From: Calditrichales bacterium
GTDB lineage: Bacteria > Calditrichota > Calditrichia > Calditrichales > J004
Direction of reading: 5' to 3'
Assembly: GCA_965267575.1 (NCBI GenBank)
Contig: OZ254086.1
Location: 2,528,001 to 2,592,000 of the forward strand
DNA: 64,000 nt
Shown: positions 32,611 through 43,271 of the stretch, piece after piece
Layout of the letters: every line of letters starts with the position of its first letter
Position numbering within the stretch: the first letter of the stretch is position 1
The notes under the pieces: generated by a model
Told to the model about the DNA's origin: nothing
Databases searched by the model: none
Seen by the model: the letters and a program-made list of their open reading frames with translations, nothing else
Translations under genes and position numbers: made by a program

Positions 32611-33108
32611 ATGTCCCAACTCCCAAAAAGATACACCACCTTCCCGCTGCCCACGCGCCGCTACATCCCCGGCGAAGGCATCCACCCCAGCCGTCACCCG
32701 CAGGGCAGCCACATCCCGCAACTGCCGGAGGAGCCGCAGCCCTTCAGCGACAGCACCTGGCAAAACTCGCCGCGCTACCTCTACGCTATCGACCTGTTTA
32801 ACAGCGGCTACTATTGGGAAGCCCACGAGGTGCTGGAAGAGCTGTGGGTACGCGTGGGCCGCGCGACGCCCACCGGCCAATTTTTGCAGGGCCTGATACA
32901 AATTGCCGCCGCCGTGCTGAAAAAGGCCCAAAACAAACCCCAACCCGCCCGGCGACTCCTGGACAAGGGGCTCGCCAAACTAAAACCACATAACGCCACT
33001 TACTTGGGCATAAACAGCGCTGCCCTTACCGAGGACCTGGAACGGTTTTTTGCGGGGGAGAGTGTTGGTTTGCCGGGGATGGTGCTTCGGAATTTCGATG
33101 GCAAATAA
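32611..33108 (+). CDS. DUF309 family protein
   Basis: LFNSGYYWEAHEVLEELW, FLQGLIQIAAA. Confidence 0.9.
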   Translation: MSQLPKRYTTFPLPTRRYIPGEGIHPSRHPQGSHIPQLPEEPQPFSDSTWQNSPRYLYAIDLFNSGYYWEAHEVLEELWVRVGRATPTGQFLQGLIQIAAAVLKKAQNKPQPARRLLDKGLAKLKPHNATYLGINSAALTEDLERFFAGESVGLPGMVLRNFDGK

Positions 33109-33406
33109 TATGGTTTTTTTTAAAATCGTTACTGCAAAATGCTGGTGATTAGAGCGTGTTTATTACTTACGCCGGACTTATCACTTCTTTTGTACTTCAG
33201 TTAGCAGGAGCAGTTAATTTATATTATGTAAAATGTTACTCTTTTGATGATAACGAAGATAAAGTTGATTTTTATAGAATAGATGACTGCTATATTTTTA
33301 TAGTTAGGATATAGAGCGCGGTGTAGAACTTTTAGCTTTAAAACAGAAGGTTAGTGTTTTTGGAAGCTCTTTTTAAACTGGGCTGTTTATTGACAACGGA
33401 GGAGAT

Positions 33407-34873
33407 ATGGCAAAAAGGAACCTGTTATCCTGTTTGTTTTTTCTTATAATGCTTTATGGTTGTGATGACGTGGAGGTTGAGACAACACCGGAAGGTACAA
33501 ACTCACCGAGCATTTTTGTTTCTTCAGAAAAAGAAACTTGGTATCAAGACGAAAATATTCAATACTCCATAAACTATCGATATGCCAATGCAACACAAAT
33601 CCAATTATCAGTTGTTGAGGACGGTACGTATACCGAGACAAATCACCCTACGAAAACCATCACAGTCTCAGGTGATGGAAGTTATACCTGGAACATTAAT
33701 CCTTTATATTTGGAAATAGATATTGGCTATCGCGTTAAAGCCACTTGGAATAATAATAATATATCGACTAGTCATTATTCTTATTTAATAATTCGGGAAT
33801 CAGTTGCAGAGCAAAATGGTTCCTTAGCCATCTCATCTTTAACGGAAACTACTTATAACACAAATAACAAGAGCAAATTTATAGTGCCCTTAGAAGTAGA
33901 TATGGGGACATTGAGCCAGGAACGAACATACTTTATGCGTTGCTATCTTCAAAACAAAGAAACAAAGATAAGATACCAATTTAACGACGTCAGTTTCGTT
34001 CACGACGGAAGTTATTCTTTTTTTGAATTTGACAAAGAATACGGCGGGTCATTGCCCCACGGGCAATACGAACTGCAGGCGCAACTATTGTTAGATGGTG
34101 GCACGATTGCAGTAGATGCCGACGAATATAAAAATATTATGGTCTATGGTTTTGATAGCGACACCTATACCAAAGAGGTAACTATTGAATATGATTGTCA
34201 TTCAGACCATAATTTTTATAGTGACTATAAAGATGAAATGGATTTTAAAACTAAACAGGCTTTTGATCCAGTTTACTTTAAAATAAAATATGAGATTGAT
34301 GAAACAACTTTAGTAACAGACGAAGAGCATAATGATCAAATAAATGCTACGAGTACAGTCGAATTTGCAAAGATGCATGATATTGATAATAACGATGCAA
34401 ACACGGATACCCACCCTCATATAATTTTTATGGGTGCGTACATAAATCAATTCGGTGATGTTGATTATAATAATAGGGGAATAGCAGCATATAGCGTTGC
34501 GCAAGGCCAATATCCGTATATTTATATTTTTTTAGATGCGCATCGTGATGGTGAAAATGGGAATGGAAATTTGGAGGAAAACGATGTGTATAAAACCATA
34601 ATCCATGAGCTAGGACATGGGTTAGGCGACTTAAGGCATGCATCTGTCCAAAACCCAGACTATGACGCATCGTATCCAAATGAACACGATTCCCCTTATT
34701 GTGTTATGAATCAAGGCCTTGGGTATACAACGGGTCCTCTGTATGATGACAATGATGATAACTCTGATAATGATTTTTTGATACCTACATGGTATTTTGG
34801 TTCCAATCCGCATTATTGTGACAAAGATATAGCAAAAGTAAGGGCTAATATTAAATGGGGTACAGACCTGTGA
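33407..34873 (+). CDS. Lipoprotein with C-terminal metzincin-like Zn-metalloprotease motif
   Basis: Lipobox LYGC; IIHELGHGLGDLRH and Met-turn-like YCVMN; AT-rich. Confidence 0.7.
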   Translation: MAKRNLLSCLFFLIMLYGCDDVEVETTPEGTNSPSIFVSSEKETWYQDENIQYSINYRYANATQIQLSVVEDGTYTETNHPTKTITVSGDGSYTWNINPLYLEIDIGYRVKATWNNNNISTSHYSYLIIRESVAEQNGSLAISSLTETTYNTNNKSKFIVPLEVDMGTLSQERTYFMRCYLQNKETKIRYQFNDVSFVHDGSYSFFEFDKEYGGSLPHGQYELQAQLLLDGGTIAVDADEYKNIMVYGFDSDTYTKEVTIEYDCHSDHNFYSDYKDEMDFKTKQAFDPVYFKIKYEIDETTLVTDEEHNDQINATSTVEFAKMHDIDNNDANTDTHPHIIFMGAYINQFGDVDYNNRGIAAYSVAQGQYPYIYIFLDAHRDGENGNGNLEENDVYKTIIHELGHGLGDLRHASVQNPDYDASYPNEHDSPYCVMNQGLGYTTGPLYDDNDDNSDNDFLIPTWYFGSNPHYCDKDIAKVRANIKWGTDL

Positions 34874-34884
34874 GGAAAAGAATT

Positions 34885-35832
34885 ATGAAAGCTTTAAAAA
34901 TTCTAATTTTATTTTGCGCGTTGATTAATGCACAAGATATATCAGTAAAACTTGACCTTGGTGGAGAAAAATTTGAATACCTTGAGCATATTTTAATAAA
35001 GGTGAAAGTTATTAATAATAGTGCAGAAACTGTAAAAATCCACAAATCATGGTTAACCTATGGTCCGGATGTAAGGTTTATATTGCAAAACTCTCAAGGA
35101 GAAATATTTCCCTATACAGGTGATCATATAGACATGAAACAACCTAAATATGAAACCTATTATATCATTGATCCGGGAGAAGGACGACAATTTCCTTTGC
35201 GTGGTGGGTATTATTTTTTGACAAATTTCTATAAAAGAGACAATAAAGAAGGCTTCCCGTATTTGCCTGCGGATTCATATACGCTAAAAGGCCAAATAAA
35301 AGTAGGGGGGCAGGCCTATTTTTCAGAGGAAGTAAATTTTTATGTCACGCCTCCAAAGGACCCTCAGGCATTAAATCTTTTAAGAGAAATTAATAAAATA
35401 TTTCTGTACGATGACAAATATTATGAGACTTTAAAGTTATATGATGAACTTTACCAAAATCACAGGAATAGCATCTATAATATATTGGCTATTCCAAAAA
35501 TGGATTTTATGCTCGGATACAATAAAAATATTGCAATCAATGAACGAAACAGGGAAAAAGAAGAATTGAAAGAAAGGGCAATAGATTATTTGAAGGAGGT
35601 GTTTCGAAACAACCGGCAGGCTTTAATGGAAACAAAATGGATAATCATTGGAATGGTAAAGCAAGAGCGGGAAAAGCATATAAAGGAAATTTCCCAAAAA
35701 ATAGATAACAATGAGTTTATCGAAAGCTTTAACGGTATTATTAATAAAGAACTACCATCTGACCTGAAAATTGAAAAGGTGAAAAATAGAATTACCGTGC
35801 CCCCGGCTAAAATACAAAACGGCCAAAATTAG
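34885..35832 (+). CDS. Hypothetical secreted protein
   Basis: Signal peptide MKALKILILFCALINA-Q; long AT-rich ORF. Confidence 0.7.
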   Translation: MKALKILILFCALINAQDISVKLDLGGEKFEYLEHILIKVKVINNSAETVKIHKSWLTYGPDVRFILQNSQGEIFPYTGDHIDMKQPKYETYYIIDPGEGRQFPLRGGYYFLTNFYKRDNKEGFPYLPADSYTLKGQIKVGGQAYFSEEVNFYVTPPKDPQALNLLREINKIFLYDDKYYETLKLYDELYQNHRNSIYNILAIPKMDFMLGYNKNIAINERNREKEELKERAIDYLKEVFRNNRQALMETKWIIIGMVKQEREKHIKEISQKIDNNEFIESFNGIINKELPSDLKIEKVKNRITVPPAKIQNGQN

Positions 35833-35858
35833 TGTACTTGGCAGTGAAGGAGTTCTCC

Positions 35859-36326
35859 ATGGTTAAAAAATATTTTATTTATGCGTTCTATCTCTCTCTG
35901 GTTGTAAGCTTAAATGCCCAGGGGACGTATAAAACCGAAAAAGAAAAAATACAGCTAGTGATAAAATCAATTGAAAAAGCAATCCGTGCAGAAAATCATA
36001 TTGTATTGAACGAACTGTTTAAGGAAGATAATGATTTAAAAGACCTACCTTATGAAGAACGCGGAAACTTGTTAATTAATAACTTTTGTAAATCTTTTAA
36101 AATTACCACGGCCGCAGGCAACACAAAAAGTCTCCTGGATAGATTACAAATAAAAATTATGGAAGTTAAAGAAAATATGATCGTTCTGCGCATTTCCCTT
36201 TTTGGATACAATTTACAGAGCGCCGAATTTGAAATCGATTTTGAAAGATCTTCCTCAGAGCGCTATAGCTTTAATTATAAGCAGTTTAAAAATATGGTTG
36301 ATGATTTGGGAGGTCAAATACGATGA
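35859..36326 (+). CDS. Hypothetical secreted protein
   Basis: AAGGAG RBS; signal peptide ending SLNA-Q. Confidence 0.65.
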   Translation: MVKKYFIYAFYLSLVVSLNAQGTYKTEKEKIQLVIKSIEKAIRAENHIVLNELFKEDNDLKDLPYEERGNLLINNFCKSFKITTAAGNTKSLLDRLQIKIMEVKENMIVLRISLFGYNLQSAEFEIDFERSSSERYSFNYKQFKNMVDDLGGQIR

Positions 36327-39190
36327 AACCTGCAATCATATTATTGTTTACGTTTTTTCTCACTTCTCTATATAGTCAGGAATCTATTAACAGACTTCTA
36401 AATCTTCAGTATATAAGTAAAGAGTTTGGAATCAAAGAACTTACTCGACAAAAGACAATTGATGAACTTGACAAAGCAATTCTTCATTCGATTTCTGCCG
36501 GAGATATTTTATATGATGTTTCGAGCGGTAAGAAGTTTCTCTTTATAGTTGATAATGAATGGGATAGAATTGTTTATCTTAAAAAAGATGCTAATTATGT
36601 TCGTTCTTTCGGTGAAAATGGTTCCGGTAATGGACAGTTTTATAACCCGCAAGACCTGACGATTTTAAATGATGGTACTATGTATGTTGCGGATAATTAT
36701 AATGAACGAATTGTTCAACTACAGTTTAACTTTAGTACCGAGCAGATAAGCTTTGTGAAAAATATATCCATTTCCCCGTGGAAGCCGAGAAGCGTTGGGG
36801 TTTCCCCAGATAATGTTGGTCCTCTTTTTGTTGGTACCGAAGAAAATAAGCTTCTGGTTTTGTTTTGGAAAACAGCCATTTTTAAATACCCTGATGATTT
36901 TGGGGATTCTATTTATCCAAATGCATTAGAAAATAATGGTGGGTATGAGGTTGATGTTGATGACTATTACGTCTATTTCATGGATAACAAAAACAACAAA
37001 ATTTACGTTCTAAGTTACAATAGTAATGCCAGTTATCCTGACCATTTATTTACCAATACCTGGGATTATAGCTTTACCGGGAGCTATAGTAAAATATTAA
37101 AAATGACCGTTCATCAATCGTGGCCGGACAACTGCGCATATTTGTTATTCAGTGATAGTAAAATGCGCATAAAGGTAATGTCGTCAGGTGATGAGCAGCC
37201 TTTAATGATTCCTGGAGTTGAAAACAAGACAAATGGTGAATTTTATAATGTACAAGCAATTGGCATGGAGCCCGATCTTGGCGATTTATTTATCGGAGAA
37301 CGTTGGCGTCCACTGAATTCCGATCCGGACTGGAAGGCATATTGGTATGCACTTGGTCCCGAAATCCAAAACTTAAATCAACAAACGCTAGATTATCAAA
37401 ATGAAAACAAATTTACATTTAATATAGCGGAAGAGTCTAAGCTAACTACAAAAATTATAAAGTGGGATGAATCAATTATAACGCAGCTTACAGCTACAAA
37501 CGAAATATTCAAGGCCGGAGAGATTACCCAGTTTTTTAATGAATATTTTAATAATGAATATTTACCATACGGAACTTATAAATATGAAATAACTGCAAAA
37601 TCCGCATACCCTAAAGAGGGTGATAGCGATCCATCTAATCCGCAAGCGATTTTATATAAATCATTTACGGGTGGTGTCAATCCTAGTTCACAAGATATCG
37701 TTTGTTCTTCAAACTATATTGTTCAAGGGAATACATATACCGTGTACAGTCACGGTAATTCAGCAGATTTTAATCCTGAGCCGATCTTCTCAGATACATG
37801 GCGAATTGTCTCAACTACACATAACGGGGATGCCAACATTGCGGATATTACCGAAAATGGTAGTCCATATAAAGCTAGATATAGGGCCTCTCATTGGGAT
37901 AACAACCTTAGCAAAACAAATGACGTTGTGCACCAGGATCAAATTGGTGCTAGATTAGGCTTTAAGGGAATATGGACTTCTGAGAATATTAGTACGTTTA
38001 CGGTACATGAAGAACCGCCAGGTGGCTGTCCAATATTGTATGTAAACGAGACTCCCATCGCGAATCTTTTACCAACCTCAGAGCAGAATAATGGTAATCA
38101 AACAGATCGAATTGTGCTTCCTAAAGAATATCTTCAAGGTGAAGAGATAAATTTAAAAATTAAGGAAAGCAATGATGATATTTCCAGATTTGTATCAATC
38201 GAACTGGTAGTTGAAGACGTAGAAAAAGGTACAACTTTAAATGTCTCATCAAGTGGAGTGCGTATCTTAAATACAAAAGATTCTCGATTAAATATCAATT
38301 ATTCAGAATTATCAAAAAACGGTGTGATACCTGCCGGAACGCGATTTAATTTTTCATTGAATTTTAAGGGGGATGCGTTATTAGGCATTGATGGTCATGT
38401 TGTTGAGGCACAAGAAGAGCCCGAAGATCCAATCAAAATGCAATCCGTTTCGTTATATGAAGAAAGAAGCGACAGTTCAATTTTTATAGATGCACTACCT
38501 ACGAGAACAGTGCGCTATGAGGATAAATTCTTTATAAGTGATTCAATTAATTCTCCACACAGACGAGACTTTTCTCTTCTATTCCTGCAAGACTATTCAC
38601 TTAAGTCAATAAATTTATATTCTTCTGCCGAGAATGCTCTAATGAAAAAAATTACTACCGAATATTTTCCCAAGAAGGGTTATACGTTGCAGCCAGAAAT
38701 CCTTGAAAATGAAAGCTTAAATAAAACCAATACATCCAATGAAATGCACATATTAAAACCGGCTGGGGAGTTAACCCTAAAATATAAGTTTAAGCCTCTG
38801 AAACACGGTTATGAACGCTTTGCCTATTTGAGAGTTACTGGCAGGTATGATGAGTACAATTCTCCTGATTTGGCAGAAAGCACAGCTACGCCTAAACACT
38901 ATAAGCTATATCAGAATTATCCCAACCCTTTTAATCCTTCTACAAACATTACTTTCGGATTACCGCAACAAGCTAATGTTACTCTAACAATTTTTAACTC
39001 GATAGGCCAGGTTGTATATGAAGTATATAGGAGCTACCCGGAGCTTGGTTTTTACAAAATAGATTGGCATGGTAAAAATTTATCAGGTCTTAGAGTATCC
39101 TCAGGTATATATTTTTATCGAGTGAACATAACGGATTCCTCGAACAAACAGGTTTATTCAAAAACCAAAAAAATGTTGATTATTAAATAG
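36323..39190 (+). CDS. NHL-repeat-containing secreted protein with sorting domain
   Basis: FGENGSGNGQFYNPQDL...MYVADNYNERI; GGCPILYV; NYPNPFNP...SSGIYFY. Confidence 0.8.
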   Translation: MKPAIILLFTFFLTSLYSQESINRLLNLQYISKEFGIKELTRQKTIDELDKAILHSISAGDILYDVSSGKKFLFIVDNEWDRIVYLKKDANYVRSFGENGSGNGQFYNPQDLTILNDGTMYVADNYNERIVQLQFNFSTEQISFVKNISISPWKPRSVGVSPDNVGPLFVGTEENKLLVLFWKTAIFKYPDDFGDSIYPNALENNGGYEVDVDDYYVYFMDNKNNKIYVLSYNSNASYPDHLFTNTWDYSFTGSYSKILKMTVHQSWPDNCAYLLFSDSKMRIKVMSSGDEQPLMIPGVENKTNGEFYNVQAIGMEPDLGDLFIGERWRPLNSDPDWKAYWYALGPEIQNLNQQTLDYQNENKFTFNIAEESKLTTKIIKWDESIITQLTATNEIFKAGEITQFFNEYFNNEYLPYGTYKYEITAKSAYPKEGDSDPSNPQAILYKSFTGGVNPSSQDIVCSSNYIVQGNTYTVYSHGNSADFNPEPIFSDTWRIVSTTHNGDANIADITENGSPYKARYRASHWDNNLSKTNDVVHQDQIGARLGFKGIWTSENISTFTVHEEPPGGCPILYVNETPIANLLPTSEQNNGNQTDRIVLPKEYLQGEEINLKIKESNDDISRFVSIELVVEDVEKGTTLNVSSSGVRILNTKDSRLNINYSELSKNGVIPAGTRFNFSLNFKGDALLGIDGHVVEAQEEPEDPIKMQSVSLYEERSDSSIFIDALPTRTVRYEDKFFISDSINSPHRRDFSLLFLQDYSLKSINLYSSAENALMKKITTEYFPKKGYTLQPEILENESLNKTNTSNEMHILKPAGELTLKYKFKPLKHGYERFAYLRVTGRYDEYNSPDLAESTATPKHYKLYQNYPNPFNPSTNITFGLPQQANVTLTIFNSIGQVVYEVYRSYPELGFYKIDWHGKNLSGLRVSSGIYFYRVNITDSSNKQVYSKTKKMLIIK

Positions 39191-39304
39191 TTTCAAATGA
39201 TAGCAAAGCTGCCAATAATTGAGGACAAGCTTTAAATATTAAATAAATCATATATATTGGCTCAAATCACGACATCATTTGTGACCAACCAAACTTTAAA
39301 ACAC

Positions 39305-39337
39305 AAAAAGCCGCCCTCCTTGCAGAGAGCGGCCTTT
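39305..39337. terminator. Probable bidirectional terminator
   Basis: AAAAAGCCGCCCTCCTTGCAGAGAGCGGCCTTTC between convergent genes. Confidence 0.65.
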
Positions 39338-39386
39338 CTGTCTTTCCGTGTTTTCGAATGGGAGGTTCGGTGACGCGGAAAGAAAA

Positions 39387-41591
39387 TCAATGCCAGGTCA
39401 GGTTTAGCCCCAGGTAGATATTGCGTCCCGGCGCCGGCAGGTTGTTCACGCTCAGGTGTTCGTGGTACGTTTCGTCCAGCAGGTTCTCCACGCCACTTTT
39501 TATCTCCCAGGTGTTGCTCAGGCGGTAGCGGGCGCGCAGGTTCAGCAGGGCAAAGCCGTCGCTTTTATCCTCGCGCGTGTTTTTGGCGGCAATGTACGAT
39601 TGCTGTGCTGCCGCGCGCAGGCTTGTTTCCAGCCACCAGGTGTCGTTGCTCCAGGTCAGCGCAGTTTCGCCTTGCAGCGGCGGGATAAAAGGCAGGTTAT
39701 CGGCCAGCGTCAACTGGCGTCCGCGTGTGTATTGCAGGCTGCCGTTCCAGCGCCAGCCGCTTGTGATCTGCCAGGCCGTGCTCAGCTCGCCGCCGTAGAG
39801 TTGGGCCTTCCCCAGGTTCTCATACAGCTTAAAACCGGGACTCGTAATGCGCCCGCCGATCCAGTCGCTGATGTGCGTGTAATAGAGACTGGCCTGCCAG
39901 GCCCAGCGCGTGCCGTTAAAGGTCCATGCCGTTTCGATCTGCCGGTGGCTTTCGCGATCCAGTTGCGGGTTGCCGTTGTAGAAATGGCCGTCCAGCAGGC
40001 TGTAGACGAAGTAGCCGTAATTCTCCAGGTGCGTCGGCAACCGCCCGCCCAGCGACCAGCTCAGGCGCACGCTGTTGGAAGTGTTCACGTCGTGCTCCAG
40101 CGACTGGCTGAAACTCAGCAGCGTGTAATCTTTGGCCGATTGCTTATTTTCCCAAAAAGCCTGCAACTGGCGCTTACCGAAATTATCCAGCAGGTCGCGT
40201 TTGGACAGATCCCCGCGCAGGTTGTGGCGCACCCGCCAGCCGCGGGCAAAAGCCCATTGGTGGTCCAGCGCCAGCGCGCCCTGGTCGATGCGTGCCTTGG
40301 CCATGTTCACCAGGTAGGCCGGGGCGATATCTGGATTGAGGCTTTGCATATCCATATCGGCGAAAGCCTCCAGGCGGTAGGCGTCCAGCGTCAGGGTCAG
40401 GCTGTGCTTTGCCGATGGCGTCCACTGCAATTTGGAAAGAAATCCCGCCGTGCGCGTGTTGCCGTACATCGGCATGTACATGTTGGGCATCACCTCGCGC
40501 TGCGTCACGTCGCGATCGTAATCATCCATCCAATGGTCGATGCGGTTGTAATAGAGTTTGCTTTGCAGCGCATGCAGCGTGCGGAAAGGCAGCTCCCAGT
40601 TGTGCGACAGCGCCAGCATGTGCGAACGGGCCTCCGTGGCATCCATCAGCAGGGCGGGGTAACCCACATCCAGCGCCACATCGCCGATGTACTCCAGCCC
40701 GATGTTGTGCGCCGCCTGCTGCGTGGAAAGCGCCAGGCTGTAGTTGGTTTTGTCGTAGCCGGAGTTGGCGATCGTTTTATTGCCGCCCGCCGTGTAATTG
40801 CCGGCCTGCTTGCGGCTTAAGGTGGCCTTTACGGCGATCGCCTCGTTGCCCCAGTTCAGCGATCCGCGCCAGCGTTTCAGCTCGTTGGCCGATTCGTAGC
40901 CCGCTTCGCTCTCCAGGCGCAGGCTGCTGTTGTACTGCGGCCGCGCCGTTACAAAGTTGATGCTGCCGCCGGCGGTGGCCCCGTGGTTCAGGTCAAAGCC
41001 CCCGCGCGACACCTCGATGCGCTCCAGGTTCTCCACCTCCACGTAAGCCGATACGGGATCCATGCGATCGACGCAGGCGCAAAATATCTTCATCCCGTCA
41101 ATCACCATGTTGACGCGCCCCTCGCTCATGCCGCGCACGGTGGGCTCGGCGGCGAAGTTGGCCCGGCGCACCATGCTCACCCCGTCAAAGCGGCGGATGA
41201 TGTCGTCGGTGCTGTTCAGCCACTGGTCCTGGTTTTTATCCAGCGGCGGACACTCGCAGCGGTCGCCGCTCACCGCAATCGTTTCACAGTGATCGATCAC
41301 CGCCGGCTTCATGCTGATCTCGATGTTTGTGTCGCTCATAAGGTGTACATCGCGCAGCACCTCGCCGTAAGCCACGTTGCTGACGCGCAGCGTGTAATGG
41401 CCCTGCGGCAGTGTCATGCTGAAGAAGCCCGTGCTGTCCGTGGCCGTGCCCATGGTGCTGTTCAACACCGAGATGTTGGTCCAGGCCAGCGGCGTGTCGT
41501 CATTAGCGTCGCGCACGATCCCCGAAAGGCGCCACTCGGCCGCCCAGGCAATCGCCGCGCAGGCCAGTATTAAAATTACAATTCGTTTCAT
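39387..41591 (-). CDS. TonB-dependent receptor, OprC/NosA-like copper transporter
   Basis: N-terminal carboxypeptidase-like domain; plug CACVDRMDP (CxxxM), HWMDD, C-terminal PGRNIYLGLNLTWH. Confidence 0.85.
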   Translation of the reverse strand: MKRIVILILACAAIAWAAEWRLSGIVRDANDDTPLAWTNISVLNSTMGTATDSTGFFSMTLPQGHYTLRVSNVAYGEVLRDVHLMSDTNIEISMKPAVIDHCETIAVSGDRCECPPLDKNQDQWLNSTDDIIRRFDGVSMVRRANFAAEPTVRGMSEGRVNMVIDGMKIFCACVDRMDPVSAYVEVENLERIEVSRGGFDLNHGATAGGSINFVTARPQYNSSLRLESEAGYESANELKRWRGSLNWGNEAIAVKATLSRKQAGNYTAGGNKTIANSGYDKTNYSLALSTQQAAHNIGLEYIGDVALDVGYPALLMDATEARSHMLALSHNWELPFRTLHALQSKLYYNRIDHWMDDYDRDVTQREVMPNMYMPMYGNTRTAGFLSKLQWTPSAKHSLTLTLDAYRLEAFADMDMQSLNPDIAPAYLVNMAKARIDQGALALDHQWAFARGWRVRHNLRGDLSKRDLLDNFGKRQLQAFWENKQSAKDYTLLSFSQSLEHDVNTSNSVRLSWSLGGRLPTHLENYGYFVYSLLDGHFYNGNPQLDRESHRQIETAWTFNGTRWAWQASLYYTHISDWIGGRITSPGFKLYENLGKAQLYGGELSTAWQITSGWRWNGSLQYTRGRQLTLADNLPFIPPLQGETALTWSNDTWWLETSLRAAAQQSYIAAKNTREDKSDGFALLNLRARYRLSNTWEIKSGVENLLDETYHEHLSVNNLPAPGRNIYLGLNLTWH

Positions 41592-41599
41592 TATGCACC

Positions 41600-42379
41600 T
41601 TACTCAAGCAGAAAATCAAAATGACTGGTGAACAGCGTATCGCCCGCGCTCAGAACGGCCACATCGACGCGCCAGTCGCCGGTCATGGTAAAGTTGACCG
41701 TGCCGCGGTAGAGGCCGTTGGCGTCATGCACCGGGTCCACGTTGTTGGGCGAGCCGTGACCCATGGAGGGCATGGTCGGTTCTACGTGCAGCGTGGCGTT
41801 TTCCACCGCCGGGAAGTTCATCATCGTTTCGCGTGTGTGCAGGCACAGCTCGATGTCGTTCAAACCCACCTGAGGGTCGCGCGGCTCTTTCAGCGTTAAA
41901 AAGTAACGCGCGCCGTCGCTGCCGTCCACGGCTTTCACGCGCTGGCTGGCTGCCACGTCAATCATAAAAGTGTGTTCCAACTGCTGCGTGCTCACCTGGA
42001 ATTGCGCCGTCACCTGCCACATGCCGCTCATAATAAATACGAAATCGGTGGCGTAAAGGCCGTCGTTGTTTTTGCCGTGGTGCATGTAGGGCGAGCGGTG
42101 CATCATCGTGCCCATGTCCATCATTGGCATCAGGTCCACGCGGACATCTTCAAGGATATCATTGCTGGCGGAATCAGACACCAGCGCGTAGAGTGTATTA
42201 AAGCCCACCGCCGGCATCTCTTTGGAATAAAGTTCAATTTTCAAGCCGTCCGTGTAGCCTTGCTGTAACAGGTCATAATCCTGTGTCTGCAGACCGTTTT
42301 CATCCGGCCCGGTACTATCTTCGCTGCAGCCCCACATCAGGAGTGCCGCCAGCACTGTTATTTGCATAAAGCGTTTCAT
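41600..42379 (-). CDS. YtkA/FixH-like lipoprotein (Met/His-rich, two repeats)
   Basis: Lipobox MWGC; PMMDMGTMMHRSP, PTMPSMGHGSPNN, VNFTMTGDW. Confidence 0.8.
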   Translation of the reverse strand: MKRFMQITVLAALLMWGCSEDSTGPDENGLQTQDYDLLQQGYTDGLKIELYSKEMPAVGFNTLYALVSDSASNDILEDVRVDLMPMMDMGTMMHRSPYMHHGKNNDGLYATDFVFIMSGMWQVTAQFQVSTQQLEHTFMIDVAASQRVKAVDGSDGARYFLTLKEPRDPQVGLNDIELCLHTRETMMNFPAVENATLHVEPTMPSMGHGSPNNVDPVHDANGLYRGTVNFTMTGDWRVDVAVLSAGDTLFTSHFDFLLE

Positions 42380-42433
42380 TTTTTTGTCTCCTCAGGCATA
42401 CTCTGCCTGTTCCTTGTCTTAAGATTTGTTTTT

Positions 42434-42627
42434 TGTCATTTCGAACGGACGTGAGAAATCCAGTCATGTGCTGCATCCCGGATTTCTCACCCCTGCCGGG
42501 GATTCGAAATGACGGTTTTCCTTGGTCAGAAGATCCCGGTGTGGAAAAAACACCAACCGGGATGACACTACCGACCTGTCACCCCGGCCTTAGCGCCGGG
42601 GCCTCTGCCGGGGATTTGAAATGACAG
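42434..42627. repeat. REP-like cluster
   Basis: TGTCATTTCGAACGG...TTCGAAATGAC and CTGTCACCCCGGCCTTAGCGCCGGGGCC. Confidence 0.75.
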
Positions 42628-42645
42628 TGTTTCCTTTGGCCACTG

Positions 42646-43062
42646 TCAGGAAAAGGAGACGGGTGGCGGCTTGGGCAGCGGGATACGTTTATAGTTGGCG
42701 TGAGACTGTAATTTTTCAGTGTAGGCGTGTTCGGAAATGCGGGGAGCTTTTAGCGTATATGCGGGTACCGTAAAAACCGATGTGTTCAGGGGCAGGGTGC
42801 TGTGCGGGTTGTCGGCGCAGTCGCTGGCTTCCATTATCGAGAAACCGTCATCCGGCGGCGGCGCGCTGTTGATATCGCAGCAGCAGCATTCGCCATCCAT
42901 GTCGCAGGCGCAGGAGCAGGCTACGTCTTCGGCACTGTTCAGCGCGCAGCTGTCTATGGAAGCAGCGGGCGTAAACCACAGCGCCACGCCGGCCCAGGTA
43001 AACAACAGCTGACCCATCCACAGTAAATGAAATCCTTTTTGGAGAATGTTTTTGGTTTTCAT
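42646..43062 (-). CDS. Cys-rich small exported protein with C-terminal polyproline (CruR/DUF2946-like candidate)
   Basis: Hydrophobic N-region, CSCACDMDGECCCCD, ends RIPLPKPPPVSFS; upstream of the Cu-uptake genes. Confidence 0.6.
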   Translation of the reverse strand: MKTKNILQKGFHLLWMGQLLFTWAGVALWFTPAASIDSCALNSAEDVACSCACDMDGECCCCDINSAPPPDDGFSIMEASDCADNPHSTLPLNTSVFTVPAYTLKAPRISEHAYTEKLQSHANYKRIPLPKPPPVSFS

Positions 43063-43110
43063 CTCAGAGTTTCGATTTAACACTACCGTATAAATCCATA
43101 TTGCCTATGG

Positions 43111-43212
43111 TTGTCATTCCCGCGAAGGCGGGAATCCGGTAAATCATCATATGCCGGTCTAATTCCCTCTCTACCAATACCGCAGTGGATTCCTGCCTGC
43201 GCAGGAATGACA
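43111..43212. repeat. ATTCCC/GGGAAT-type REP inverted pair
   Basis: GTCATTCCCGCGAAGGCGGGAATCC ... GGATTCCTGCCTGCGCAGGAATGAC; relatives at 2051-2161 and 51714-51820. Confidence 0.8.
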
Positions 43213-43271
43213 CCAGCATGTGTCTTTGGCCCCAGGTCCCGGTAGCATGTAAAAATGAAATTACCCAATCC

